Assembly (NCBI GenBank): GCA_002368575.1
Contig: DFEA01000040.1
Span: forward strand, 1,300-65,299
Source: Lachnospiraceae bacterium UBA3814
GTDB taxonomy: Bacteria; Bacillota; Clostridia; Lachnospirales; Lachnospiraceae
Reading direction: 5' to 3'
Length of the DNA: 64,000 bases
Shown: positions 1 through 9,304 of the stretch, piece by piece
Layout: every line of letters begins with the position of its first letter
Position numbering within the stretch: position 1 is the first letter of the stretch
Notes under the pieces: model-generated
The model's database searches: none
The model's input: only the letters and a program-made list of their open reading frames with translations
What the model was told of the DNA's origin: nothing
Position numbers and translations under genes: made by a program

Positions 1-1
1 T

Positions 2-1009
2 CGTACTTATGACAGTTACATGCCTTATGAAGAATGGAAAGCTCTCAGTTCTGTACAGAAACAGGATGCCATGCTTAAGACAGCTGTGGTTTATGATAAT
101 TCAAATATAAATGAAAATCTGGATAAGGCAGATTCTTCAAATATAAGTGAAGCGTTCATGGCAGAGTATGATGTGGTATGTAGTGAGGGACTTACCTTAG
201 AGGATGATTGCTTCATATGCACCTCTAGAGGTGCGTCTGCGACAATAAGTTTTAAAGGAATCCCCGATGCGGAGTTGTATGTCTCCTTTGAGGGGCTTAA
301 GTATTCGGGAGCCACAGAGTATGATTTTTATCATGATGACACATTTAATTTTGCAGATCAGTTTGGATCGGATAAATGGAATGCATTATCACGGAATCAG
401 AGATGCAGTCTGACTTTAGATAAGTATCTCAGTGATTATTTTACGGAGGCTTCACTAAATATATGGGCTCCGAATGGTATAGATAAAAGATGTGACATCT
501 ATACAAATGACCATGTATGGTACAACAATCGTCATAATATTACAATAAACATGCAGTATTCTGATGAGCCCGTTGATTACCTGACTCTGACTTTTAATCA
601 TCTTGGAAAATACAGCTTTGACAGCTTTAATATCTGGTTAAAGCCAGTAGAGGAGTATCTTCGGGATTCTGAAAAGTTAAAGATGGGTTCCATTGAAGAT
701 GTTTATTTCGGGGTAGACAATTTCTGTGGAAGCGCAAGTTTTTCTCAGCCATGTCTGCTTGTGGCGGCAGTACCTTATTCTGAAGGCTGGGAAGCATATA
801 TTGATGGCACAAAGGCAGAGATTTTAAAAACAAATATAATGCATATGGGGTTAGATGTTCCCGAGGGAGATCATTATATAGAATTTGTATATCATACTCC
901 TTATCTTAAGCTTGGGGCTATAATAAGCGCTTTGTCTTTAGTCATATTCGCTGTGTATATATTGATAACTGTTAACTCATCAAGGGTACACGGGCAGCTT
1001 GAAAAATGA
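2..1009 (+). CDS. YfhO-family membrane protein, C-terminal part (5' end outside window)
   Basis: Frame is open from the window edge. The C-terminal block SEGWEAYIDGTKAEILKTN..GLDVPEGDHYIEFVYHTPYLKLG followed by one terminal TM helix resembles YfhO-family C-termini as I remember them. Confidence 0.5.
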   Translation, partial: RTYDSYMPYEEWKALSSVQKQDAMLKTAVVYDNSNINENLDKADSSNISEAFMAEYDVVCSEGLTLEDDCFICTSRGASATISFKGIPDAELYVSFEGLKYSGATEYDFYHDDTFNFADQFGSDKWNALSRNQRCSLTLDKYLSDYFTEASLNIWAPNGIDKRCDIYTNDHVWYNNRHNITINMQYSDEPVDYLTLTFNHLGKYSFDSFNIWLKPVEEYLRDSEKLKMGSIEDVYFGVDNFCGSASFSQPCLLVAAVPYSEGWEAYIDGTKAEILKTNIMHMGLDVPEGDHYIEFVYHTPYLKLGAIISALSLVIFAVYILITVNSSRVHGQLEK

Positions 1010-1104
1010 GCGACATAGCCAATCCACATATAAGAAATGACAAAGCTCTTTTTACTTTGGCGTTTCCTGTACCGGATTCTGGTCGCATCAGGGCGGCATC
1101 CGGC

Positions 1105-1887
1105 TTACCGTAATCTGTTTTCGATTGAATTGATCGCATAAAAGCCCTTTGCATTCAGGGAATCCTCCCTGTTATAAAGCATTTCCGTGTCATCCATCTG
1201 CTTAAATATACCGCCGGCCTCCTCTACTATACACTGCATTGCCGCCGTATCCCATTCCATTGTGGGATTGTGTCTGAAGTAGATATCCGCTTCACCCTTT
1301 GCCACAAGGCAGCCCTTTAAGGAGCTTCCGATCCTCAGTATCTTCCTTATATTATACTTTCTTATAAGCTCCTCCATTTCCTCGCAGCCATGGGAGCCGC
1401 TTACCACGGCACTCAGCGCGGAGTGATCCGTATTTTGGGAGACCCTGAGCCTTAACGTTTTCCCGTCGGGCGTCCTCAGATAAGCTCCGTCTCCCTCAGA
1501 AGCATAATAAAGCTCACCGGTCACGGGAACATAGATAACTCCCATCACGCTTCTGTGCTTATTGCTCAGGGCAATGTTTACGGTAAACTGGCCGTTTCTT
1601 TTTATGAATTCCTTTGTTCCGTCCAGAGGATCCACTATAAAGCAGAGGTCGTTTTTGAGCCGCTCCTTATCGTCCTTCTCCTCCTCGGACAGTATCGCAT
1701 GGTCCGGAAAGGCTTTTTTAAGAGCAGCCGTAATCACCATATCAGAGGCTTTATCCGCTCTGGTCAGGGGCGAGCCGTCCTCCTTATACTCTGTTCCGAT
1801 ATCCTTATCCTCATTATATATCTTCAGAATCTCCTCACCGGCCCTTACAGCCGTTTCCATCGCAAGCTTAAGCTCTTCGTTCCACAT
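1105..1887 (-). CDS. cysQ: 3'(2'),5'-bisphosphate nucleotidase (PAP phosphatase), inositol-monophosphatase fold
   Basis: Motifs ILSEEE, FIVDPLDGTKEF and EWDTAA. Start set to ATG at 1887 (MWNEELK), preceded by GGGAGGGA. Last gene of the minus-strand sulfate operon. Confidence 0.8.
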   Translation of the reverse strand: MWNEELKLAMETAVRAGEEILKIYNEDKDIGTEYKEDGSPLTRADKASDMVITAALKKAFPDHAILSEEEKDDKERLKNDLCFIVDPLDGTKEFIKRNGQFTVNIALSNKHRSVMGVIYVPVTGELYYASEGDGAYLRTPDGKTLRLRVSQNTDHSALSAVVSGSHGCEEMEELIRKYNIRKILRIGSSLKGCLVAKGEADIYFRHNPTMEWDTAAMQCIVEEAGGIFKQMDDTEMLYNREDSLNAKGFYAINSIENRLR

Positions 1888-1902
1888 ACATACATCCCTC
1901 CC

Positions 1903-1987
1903 TGCGCTGATCTGCCCGCAGATCATGCGCTTAGGCACAATCCTCAGATTGTGCCGATTCGTTCGGTTTACCGAACGAATCATTTCC
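1903..1987. repeat. Three-hairpin intercistronic element, copy A (H1 1903-1930, H2 1934-1955, H3 1956-1981, tail ATTTCC)
   Basis: Three adjacent stem-loops. Same architecture and shared flanks as 58851-58938. All stem differences between the two copies are compensatory. Confidence 0.7.
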
Positions 1988-1990
1988 TAT

Positions 1991-2022
1991 TCTGCGCCGA
2001 TTTCATTTATGAAATCGTACGC
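1991..2022. repeat. Extra solo copy of hairpin H1 of the same element, abutting the cysA stop codon
   Basis: TCTGCGCCGATTTCA-TTTA-TGAAATCGTACGC is nearly identical to H1 at 58851-58881 (TCTGCGCCGATTTCC-AAA-GGAAATCGTGCGC). Confidence 0.6.
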
Positions 2023-3131
2023 TAACCGGCAAAATACCCGCCGTCGCTATAAAGATATTTTTCAAGCTTCTCCCCTGTCGGATCATCCTTCAGGAGGTAA
2101 CTGTTCTGCATGAGCTCAGTCGTATTATCCTTTACGGCAAACAGCCTGTAGATTATAACGTTCATCTCTTCACCCACTTCGACCGGACGCCTCTCCAGAG
2201 ACCGGTGGGTCACTACCTCCACTCCGTTCACATTAAGCCGAAGCTCCAATGCGCTCCCCTTGAACACGATATCCTTTATCACACCCTTCTGGGAATAGGT
2301 GATAATATCCTTGAAATGAGCATTATCGCTTTTGAAGGCCTCTACAAACTCCGGACGGATGATGGCCCTGTCAAAATCGCCCTTTTCATAGCCGTTAAGC
2401 TTTCCGAAATCCTCCACTATCACAGGCTCCCCTATAAACTGGGAAACAAAGGCCGTTTCCGGCTCCTTGTATATCTTATAGGCCCGGCCCACCTGCTCTA
2501 CTCTGCCCTTATTGGTAACTATGATGCTGTCCGCTACCTCTACCGCCTCATCCTGATCATGAGTAACAAATATGCTGGTGATCCCTACCCTGTGTATCAT
2601 ATCCCTGAGCCACTGCCTGAGATCCTTCCTTACCTTGGCATCCAGAGCCGCAAACGGTTCATCCAGAAGCAGAAGCCCGGGCTCGGGTGCCAGAGCCCTC
2701 GCGAATGCCACTCTCTGTCTCTGACCTCCTGAAAGCTCATTGGGAAATCTTTTCTCGAGCCCCTCAAGCTCTGTAAGCCTGAGCAGCTCATGTACCCTGT
2801 TCTTCACTGCATCCGCGGGAGCCTTCTTTACCGTCAGTCCAAAGGCTATATTATCATAAACCGTCATATAACGGAACAGGGCATAGTTCTGAAAAACAAA
2901 GCCTATGCCCCTCATTGATGCCGGGATGTCATTTACTCTTTTCCCATCGATAAGGATATCTCCGCTGTCTGCCCTTTCAAGACCGGCTATCATCCGAAGT
3001 ATCGTAGTCTTACCGCTTCCGCTTGGTCCCAAAAGCGCGGCAAGCTCCCCCTTTTCCACCGAAAAATTCACATCCTCCGATGCTCTGAAGCTGCCAAAGC
3101 TCTTATTTATATTTCTCATTTCAAGATACAT
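2022..3131 (-). CDS. cysA: Sulfate/thiosulfate ABC transporter ATP-binding protein
   Basis: Walker A GPSGSGKTT, signature LSGGQRQRV, Walker B LLLLDEPF. CysA-like N-terminus and C-terminal extension. GGAGG lies 9 nt upstream of the ATG. Follows two CysT/W-type permeases. Confidence 0.85.
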   Translation of the reverse strand: MYLEMRNINKSFGSFRASEDVNFSVEKGELAALLGPSGSGKTTILRMIAGLERADSGDILIDGKRVNDIPASMRGIGFVFQNYALFRYMTVYDNIAFGLTVKKAPADAVKNRVHELLRLTELEGLEKRFPNELSGGQRQRVAFARALAPEPGLLLLDEPFAALDAKVRKDLRQWLRDMIHRVGITSIFVTHDQDEAVEVADSIIVTNKGRVEQVGRAYKIYKEPETAFVSQFIGEPVIVEDFGKLNGYEKGDFDRAIIRPEFVEAFKSDNAHFKDIITYSQKGVIKDIVFKGSALELRLNVNGVEVVTHRSLERRPVEVGEEMNVIIYRLFAVKDNTTELMQNSYLLKDDPTGEKLEKYLYSDGGYFAG

Positions 3132-3212
3132 ACAACATTCCTCCGCTTATGCGGCTTATACCCGTCGGCTAAGCCTTTACCGGTCCTTTCTGTCCCGTTC
3201 CCGACATGTAAT

Positions 3213-4070
3213 TCACCGCCGTTTCTGCTCCTCCTGTGCCTTCTTCGATCTGTTCTCAAGCACGCAGCGAATCACCAGAAGCACTACCGTAAACAGAACC
3301 AGTATGGATGACACCGCAAAGGCGGCGGTTATGGAATCCGCAGAGCCCGAAAGGTAGAGGGCGTCTATCTCAAGCGGAAGGGTAAAGGTCTCTCCCCTTG
3401 TCTTGGAGAGAGCATTCACCGCTCCGAATTCACCCAGAGCCCTCGCGGTACACAGCACCATTCCGTATAATAAAGCCCATTTCATATGCGGAAAGGTTAT
3501 CCTCCTGAATATGGTAAACATTCCCGCTCCCATTAAAGCCGCCGCATCCTCCTCATCGCTCCCGGCCGCATTAAGGACCGGTATGACCTCTCTTGATACA
3601 AAGGGAAAGGTGACAAAGATCGTGGCAAGAACTACCCCCGGCACCGCGAATACTATCTTTATATCCCAGCCGAAGGCATTATTTACGGCATCCACAAAGG
3701 GAGCCGCCCAGCCCATCCTGCCAAACATCATGATAAAGGCAAGCCCGGCAATGACAGGCGATACGGAAAACGGTATATCTATAAGTGTCTGAAGAAGCTG
3801 CTTGCCCTTAAAGGAAAACCTCGTAAGCAGGATCGAGGCAAAAATACCGAAGACGGTATTTACAATGACCGTTATTACGGTCGCAAGCAGGGTCACCTTT
3901 AACGCGGATATCACGGTTTTCGTGGAGACAGCCTGCAGATAGAATTCAAAGCCCTTTTTCAGGGAATTTATTATCACCATCACAAGCGGCAGAAAAAGCA
4001 TGAGCCCCACAAACAGGGTGCTTACCGTTATCATAAGAAATCTGGTGCTTTTTTTCTTTTTATAACCCAT
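3213..4070 (-). CDS. cysW: Sulfate ABC transporter permease
   Basis: Polytopic permease with EAA-type loop (AAALMGAGMFTIFRRITFP). Second permease in the order sbp-cysT-cysW-cysA. Confidence 0.75.
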   Translation of the reverse strand: MGYKKKKSTRFLMITVSTLFVGLMLFLPLVMVIINSLKKGFEFYLQAVSTKTVISALKVTLLATVITVIVNTVFGIFASILLTRFSFKGKQLLQTLIDIPFSVSPVIAGLAFIMMFGRMGWAAPFVDAVNNAFGWDIKIVFAVPGVVLATIFVTFPFVSREVIPVLNAAGSDEEDAAALMGAGMFTIFRRITFPHMKWALLYGMVLCTARALGEFGAVNALSKTRGETFTLPLEIDALYLSGSADSITAAFAVSSILVLFTVVLLVIRCVLENRSKKAQEEQKRR

Positions 4071-4172
4071 GTGCTTTATCCTTATATATTTCCGTTTTGT
4101 TATGAGCTTCTGTGTAAAGCCTCCGGTGCGGGAAACGCAAAAATAAAAAAAGAACTTTTTCGTTTCCTATAA

Positions 4173-4982
4173 CTACAGTTCATTCGTATGACGGGACTGA
4201 CGTATCTGTACGATGTTCACAAACAACAGTATCAGGAAGGAAATTACCAGCATCAGAAGAGCGACCGCCGTTGCGCCGGCATAATCCATATAGTTAAGCT
4301 TCTGCATTATCACATAGGATACCACCTGTGTCTTTTCCTTTGCGCTGTTTCCCGATATGTATATGACGCTTCCGTACTCCCCTATACCTCTGGCAAAGGC
4401 AAGCCCGAAGCCCGTCAGCATGGCCGGCATTATCTCGGGAAGGATGACCCTTTTAAATGCCGTAAGCTTACCTGCCCCCAGCACATAAGCCGCCTCCTCA
4501 TACTGCTTATCCAGCTTTTCAAGAACGGGCTGCACCGCTCTTACCACAAAGGGGATTCCCACAAATACCAGAGCGACGATGATGCCAAGATGTGTATAAG
4601 CCACATCTATCCCGGCCTTTGACAGCCATTTTCCCGGAAAGCCCGTATTTGAGTACATCTTTGAGAGCGTGATGCCTGCCACCGCCGTAGGCAGGGCAAA
4701 GGGAAGCTCGATAAGCCCGTCTAACAGGAGCTTGAATTTAAACTCATACCGTACAAGTGTCCAGGCAAGAATCACTCCGAAAAAGCAGTTGATCAGCGCA
4801 GCAAAAAGCGAGCACACTATGCTTGTGATAAAGGAATTTCTAACATTGTCCGCAGAAATTATCTCCCAGAACTCCGCAGGGGACAGGGAAAAGCTGTATA
4901 CAAGGATGGATGCAAGCGGTATGAACACTAACAGCGAAAACATGAAGACCGTAACGCCAAAGGTTAATTTAAAGCCCTTCAT
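4173..4982 (-). CDS. cysT: Sulfate ABC transporter permease
   Basis: EAA loop AAYVLGAGKLTAFKRVILP. The ORF-track start at 5006 is TTG. ATG at 4982 has GGAGAAGG upstream, so the start is set there. Confidence 0.75.
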   Translation of the reverse strand: MKGFKLTFGVTVFMFSLLVFIPLASILVYSFSLSPAEFWEIISADNVRNSFITSIVCSLFAALINCFFGVILAWTLVRYEFKFKLLLDGLIELPFALPTAVAGITLSKMYSNTGFPGKWLSKAGIDVAYTHLGIIVALVFVGIPFVVRAVQPVLEKLDKQYEEAAYVLGAGKLTAFKRVILPEIMPAMLTGFGLAFARGIGEYGSVIYISGNSAKEKTQVVSYVIMQKLNYMDYAGATAVALLMLVISFLILLFVNIVQIRQSRHTNEL

Positions 4983-5043
4983 AATCCTTCTCCGTGCCCG
5001 GATCAAAAGTCACATGGCACCTTTGACCCGGGCATCACTATAT

Positions 5044-6135
5044 TTAATTCGAATATATTTCGTCAAATACTCCGCCGTCTTTAAAGTATACGGCATAGGC
5101 TTCGTCCCAGCCGCCGAAGTCGTTAATGGTGCAGAGCTCCATATTAAGGTCGAACTTATCGGCATATTCCTTCAGGACATTCTCATCTGAGGGTCTGTAG
5201 TTATATTCGCCTATGATCCTCTGTGCGTCCTCCGAATAAAGCCACTCAAGATAATCATGGGCAACCTCCGTGGTACCGTTCTTACCGGCGTTTTCATCCA
5301 CAATGGCTACCGAAGGCTGTGCCAGGATGCTTATTGAGGGAGAAACGATCTCGTACTCGCCGGGATATTCCTTTACTGTCGATATCGCCTCGTTTTCCCA
5401 GCTGACAAGCACATCACCCTGCCCGTTCTCAACAAAGGTGGTGGTCGCTCCTCTTGCTCCCGAATCCATTACGACCACGTTTCCGTAAAGCTTACTCATG
5501 AAATCCTTGATCTTTGCTTCATCACCGCCATACTGTCTGTCGGCGTAATACCATGCCGAAAGGAAATTCCAGCAGGCAGCTCCGCTGCTCTTGGGATCGG
5601 GAGATATAACACCCACGCCTTCCTTTATAAGATCATCCCAGTCATGGATATCCTTTTCGTTTCCGGCCCTTACCAGAAACACTATGGTTGAGGTATAGGG
5701 AGAGGAATCCCTTTCAAACTCATCGATCCACCCGCTCTCTATAAGACCTGCCTCCTCGATAAGGGTAATATCATGAGCAAGAGCAAGGGTGACCACATCC
5801 GCGTCGGCTCCTTCGACCACGCTCCTGGCCTGTCCGCCGCTTCCGCCGTGAGACTGTATTATCTCGATCTTCTTTCCGGTCTTCTCCTCATAATGCTTGC
5901 TGAAGGCTTCATTATATGCCGCGTAAAGCTCTCTGGTGGGATCATAGGAAACGTTTGTTATGGTGATGGCCCCGTTCCCATCCCCTTCTCCGGAGGTCTC
6001 GCCCGCCCCGCCGGCCGCGGCGCCGGAAGCCGCACAGCCTCCGAGCAGCAGGCTTATGCATCCTGCAGTAAGGAGCATCGCTATTTTATTTCTATTCTTA
6101 TTTTTATTCATTTTATCCTCCGCATTTCTTCTCAT
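5044..6135 (-). CDS. sbp: Sulfate-binding lipoprotein (Sbp/CysP-type substrate-binding protein)
   Basis: Lipoprotein signal ending LLLGGC, a Gly/Ala-rich linker, then an Sbp-like binding-protein sequence. Leads the transporter block. An alternative ATG at 6111 also has an SD. Confidence 0.75.
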   Translation of the reverse strand: MRRNAEDKMNKNKNRNKIAMLLTAGCISLLLGGCAASGAAAGGAGETSGEGDGNGAITITNVSYDPTRELYAAYNEAFSKHYEEKTGKKIEIIQSHGGSGGQARSVVEGADADVVTLALAHDITLIEEAGLIESGWIDEFERDSSPYTSTIVFLVRAGNEKDIHDWDDLIKEGVGVISPDPKSSGAACWNFLSAWYYADRQYGGDEAKIKDFMSKLYGNVVVMDSGARGATTTFVENGQGDVLVSWENEAISTVKEYPGEYEIVSPSISILAQPSVAIVDENAGKNGTTEVAHDYLEWLYSEDAQRIIGEYNYRPSDENVLKEYADKFDLNMELCTINDFGGWDEAYAVYFKDGGVFDEIYSN

Positions 6136-6220
6136 CTCAATACCTCCCGTTCATAAATAACCGTCGATAAGCACTTAATGAATCCGTTCTGGTTCCCGGG
6201 CTGTTTCCGGAGAAACGGCA

Positions 6221-8047
6221 TTAAAGAAACCTCTTCAGCTCTTCCATAAGATACTCTACCGCTTTTTCTACAGAAAGCCTGCTTGTATCGACAGTAATTT
6301 CAGGCTCCGTGGGCGCCTCATACGGACTGCCCACACCCGTGAAGTTCGGGATCTTTCCCTCCCTTGCCTTACGGTAAAGCCCTTTGACATCCCTCTTTTC
6401 GCACTCTTCAATGGGAGTGCTTACATAGATCTCGATAAAGCTGTCGTCCCCTATGATATCCCTGGCATTCTGCCTGTCACTCTGATACGGCGATATAAAT
6501 GAGGTCAGGACTATGAGCCCGGCATCATTCATAAGCTTTGATATCTCCGCGACACGGCGGATGTTCTCGATCCTGTCCTTCTCCTCGAAGCCCAGATTCT
6601 TGTTAATGCCCATCCTGATATTGTCCCCGTCAAGGAGCATGGTATAGTGTCCCATGACGGAAAGCTGTTTTTCTACCTCGTTGGCAAGCGTCGACTTTCC
6701 TGCCCCGGATAGACCGGTGAACCACAGGGTAAGGGGCTTCTGCTTCATTTTCTCCGCCCTGTGCTCCCTTGTAATATCAAGCTTCTGCCAGATAACGTTC
6801 TCGGATCTTCTCAGGGAGTGAAGCACTACTCCGCAGGCCGAGGTCATATTGCTTACCCGGTCGATCAGGATGAACTCACCCTGTGCCCTGTGATCGGAGA
6901 ACCTGTCAAAGACTGCATTTCCGGAAAGAGCTATGTCGCACTCCGCGATCTCGTTTTTCCTCAGCTGCTTTGCGGGAATATGATCTCCCGAATCTATATC
7001 CAGCTTATACTTGATATTCATAACCGTTGCGGGGAGCTTTTGCGTGCCGAGCTTTATCAGAAAGCTCTTGCCCTCCGCAAGATGCTCGTCGTCCATCCAT
7101 AATATGGAGGCCGTAAACATCCGGGACACCGTAAGCTCCGTATCCCTTACAAGCACTGATCCGCGCGATATATCCACCTCGCGGTCAAGAGATATGGTAA
7201 CGGCCTGGCCCATTCCGGCCGAGGCCTCCTTCCTGTCGGTAACAAGTATGGAGGAGACCTTTGCCTTCTGCCCGCTGGGAAGCACCGTAAGCGTATCCCC
7301 CTTTGACACCTGACCGCAGGTTATCTCTCCGGCAAAGCCTCTGAAGGAGCGGTCCGGCCTGCATACTCTCTGCACCGGCATCACAAAGCCCTCCTCAAGG
7401 CCGTTGTCCTCCACATCCACCGTCTCCAGATGTGACAGCAGCGTTTTTCCCTTATACCACCCCATATTCTTAGATAAAGTGGTTATGTTATCGCCTTCGG
7501 TAGCGGAAACGGGTATTATAGTCACCTCTTTAAGCTCCAGGTCTACCGCAAGCTTTCTGATATCCTTTTCAAGCTTCTTGTAAGCCGTTTCATCGTAGCC
7601 GATAAGATCCATCTTGTTTACGGCAAAAACAAAATGTCTTATTCCCATAAGGGCACAGATCCGGCCGTGCCTGATGGTCTGCCTGAGTATCCCCTTTGAC
7701 GCGTCAACAAGTATCACCGCAAGGTCCGCAAAGGAGGCGCCTACCGCCATGTTTCTGGTGTATTCCTCGTGACCGGGGGTATCGGCCACTATGAAGCTTC
7801 TTTCGTTGGTGGTAAAGTACCTGTAGGCCACATCTATGGTAATGCCCTGCTCTCTTTCGGCCATAAGCCCGTCCAGAAGGAGGGAATAATCGATATCTCC
7901 CCCTCTGCTCCCCACCTTGCTGTCAAGCTTTAAGGCCTGCTCCTGGTCCGCGAATAAAAGCTTTGAATCATAGAGCATATGACCGATCAGGGTGGATTTT
8001 CCGTCGTCTACACTTCCGCAGGTAATAAATTTCAATAATCCCTTCAT
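6221..8047 (-). CDS. cysNC: Bifunctional sulfate adenylyltransferase subunit 1 / adenylylsulfate (APS) kinase
   Basis: N-terminal GTPase motifs GSVDDGKSTLIG, DTPGHEEY, NKMD (CysN). C-terminal APS-kinase P-loop FTGLSGAGKSTLA (CysC). Start set to ATG at 8047, 1 nt after the cysD stop. Confidence 0.9.
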   Translation of the reverse strand: MKGLLKFITCGSVDDGKSTLIGHMLYDSKLLFADQEQALKLDSKVGSRGGDIDYSLLLDGLMAEREQGITIDVAYRYFTTNERSFIVADTPGHEEYTRNMAVGASFADLAVILVDASKGILRQTIRHGRICALMGIRHFVFAVNKMDLIGYDETAYKKLEKDIRKLAVDLELKEVTIIPVSATEGDNITTLSKNMGWYKGKTLLSHLETVDVEDNGLEEGFVMPVQRVCRPDRSFRGFAGEITCGQVSKGDTLTVLPSGQKAKVSSILVTDRKEASAGMGQAVTISLDREVDISRGSVLVRDTELTVSRMFTASILWMDDEHLAEGKSFLIKLGTQKLPATVMNIKYKLDIDSGDHIPAKQLRKNEIAECDIALSGNAVFDRFSDHRAQGEFILIDRVSNMTSACGVVLHSLRRSENVIWQKLDITREHRAEKMKQKPLTLWFTGLSGAGKSTLANEVEKQLSVMGHYTMLLDGDNIRMGINKNLGFEEKDRIENIRRVAEISKLMNDAGLIVLTSFISPYQSDRQNARDIIGDDSFIEIYVSTPIEECEKRDVKGLYRKAREGKIPNFTGVGSPYEAPTEPEITVDTSRLSVEKAVEYLMEELKRFL

Positions 8048-8048
8048 A

Positions 8049-9227
8049 TTAAAAATACCCCTCTCGTTTTCTCTTCTCCATGCTTGCCGCTCCGCCGTCC
8101 TTATCGATAACACGGCTGGTCCTCTCGGACTCGGTGGCGCTCAGAGTCTCCTCTATTATCTCGTCAAGAGTCGTCGCCTCAGATTCTACCCCTCCGGAAA
8201 GCGGATAACACCCAAGGGTCCTGAACCTCACCATTTTCATTTCGGGCTTTTCACCGGGCCTGAGCCTCATCCTGTCGTCATCGACCATTATAAGGTTGCC
8301 GTCCCGTTCGACCACCGGCCTCTTTGCCGCAAAATACAGAGGGACTATTGGAATGTTCTCCCTTTTTATATACTGCCATATATCGCTCTCGGTCCAGTTG
8401 GATATGGGGAACACGCGGATGCTTTCTCCCTTTTTGATCTCGGTATTATAGCATTTCCACATCTCCGGCCGCTGGTTCTTGGGGTCCCAGGCCTGAGAGG
8501 AATCCCTGAAGGAGAATATCCTTTCCTTGGCGCGGCTCTTTTCCTCATCCCTTCGCCCTCCGCCGAAGGCAGCGGTAAAGCCGTATTTCGTAAGCGCCTG
8601 CTTAAGGGCCTGAGTCTTCATTATGTCGGTATAGGCCGCCCCGTGATCAAAGGGGTTTATTCCCTGCTTTAGCCCCTCCTCATTTATATATTCGAGCATT
8701 TCTATTCCGAGCTCTTTTGCGCGTCTGTCACGGAATTCGATCATTTCCCTGAATTTCCAGGTGGTATTTACATGAAGGAAAGGAAAAGGAGGCTTTTCCG
8801 GATAAAAGGCCTTCATGGCAAGATGGAGCATTACCGAGCTGTCCTTGCCTATGGAATACAGCATGACCGGCTTTTCACACTCTGCCGCCACCTCCCGCAT
8901 TATATATATCGCCTCGGCCTCAAGGACATCCAGATGCGACAGTCTCATGCCTGAGAAGCCCTCGTTCTTTTCCCCGGCCTCGGCTATCCTGTCCTCATTC
9001 TGAAGATCCAGAAAATAGCTTTCTGATACGTTGAAATACCTGCCGAGCCTTACGGATGAGTCGGCACTGATCTTGCGGCGGCCGTGCAGGATATCCTGTA
9101 TACGTGAAACGGGTACATTGAGCTCTTTTGCGAGCTTATATGCCGACAGGTTCTGAGGCTCCATAAATTTTTCCTTAAGGACCTTCCCTGCCTTATTTTC
9201 GTTTTTTGAAGTGATAGATGCGCTCAT
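8049..9227 (-). CDS. cysD: Sulfate adenylyltransferase subunit 2 with an in-frame N-terminal HigA/XRE-type helix-turn-helix module (~93 aa)
   Basis: Residues after [28 protein letters not shown] form a full CysD (PAPS-reductase-fold PP-loop). Upstream, in the same frame with no stop, lies [49 protein letters not shown], a HigA-antitoxin-like HTH. ATG at 9227 is preceded by AAGGGAG. The canonical CysD ATG at 8948 also has GAGGG 10 nt upstream. Confidence 0.8.
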   Translation of the reverse strand: MSASITSKNENKAGKVLKEKFMEPQNLSAYKLAKELNVPVSRIQDILHGRRKISADSSVRLGRYFNVSESYFLDLQNEDRIAEAGEKNEGFSGMRLSHLDVLEAEAIYIMREVAAECEKPVMLYSIGKDSSVMLHLAMKAFYPEKPPFPFLHVNTTWKFREMIEFRDRRAKELGIEMLEYINEEGLKQGINPFDHGAAYTDIMKTQALKQALTKYGFTAAFGGGRRDEEKSRAKERIFSFRDSSQAWDPKNQRPEMWKCYNTEIKKGESIRVFPISNWTESDIWQYIKRENIPIVPLYFAAKRPVVERDGNLIMVDDDRMRLRPGEKPEMKMVRFRTLGCYPLSGGVESEATTLDEIIEETLSATESERTSRVIDKDGGAASMEKRKREGYF

Positions 9228-9231
9228 GAAA

Positions 9232-9258
9232 ATACTCCCTTCTTTTGAAAGGGAGTAT
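9232..9258. promoter_or_regulatory. Perfect 10-bp inverted repeat ATACTCCCTT-N7-AAGGGAGTAT overlapping the -10 box and the SD of HTH-cysD (candidate operator)
   Basis: Arms at 9232-9241 and 9249-9258 are exact reverse complements. One arm contains the -10 hexamer and the other contains the ribosome-binding site. Confidence 0.5.
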
Positions 9259-9282
9259 ACCTGTTTTTGCATTATATGTCAA
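9254..9282 (-). promoter_or_regulatory. Sigma-A-type promoter of the sulfate operon (TTGACA-17 nt-TATACT)
   Basis: On the minus strand, TTGACA is at 9282-9277 and TATACT at 9259-9254, with a 17-nt spacer. It lies about 30 nt upstream of the ATG at 9227. Confidence 0.65.
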
Positions 9283-9304
9283 GCCTTTTTCAATTCTTTT
9301 TCAG

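Noticed and set aside
1555-2113. Plus-strand ORFs of 156 and 183 aa overlapping cysQ and the cysQ-cysA spacer
   Set aside because: They are antisense shadows of a gene with clear CysQ motifs. They are low-complexity, have no SD, and run through the hairpin repeat.
8049-9272. HigBA toxin-antitoxin module
   Set aside because: Only the HigA-like HTH is present and it is fused to CysD. No small HigB/RelE-like ORF lies upstream or downstream, so I do not call a TA system.
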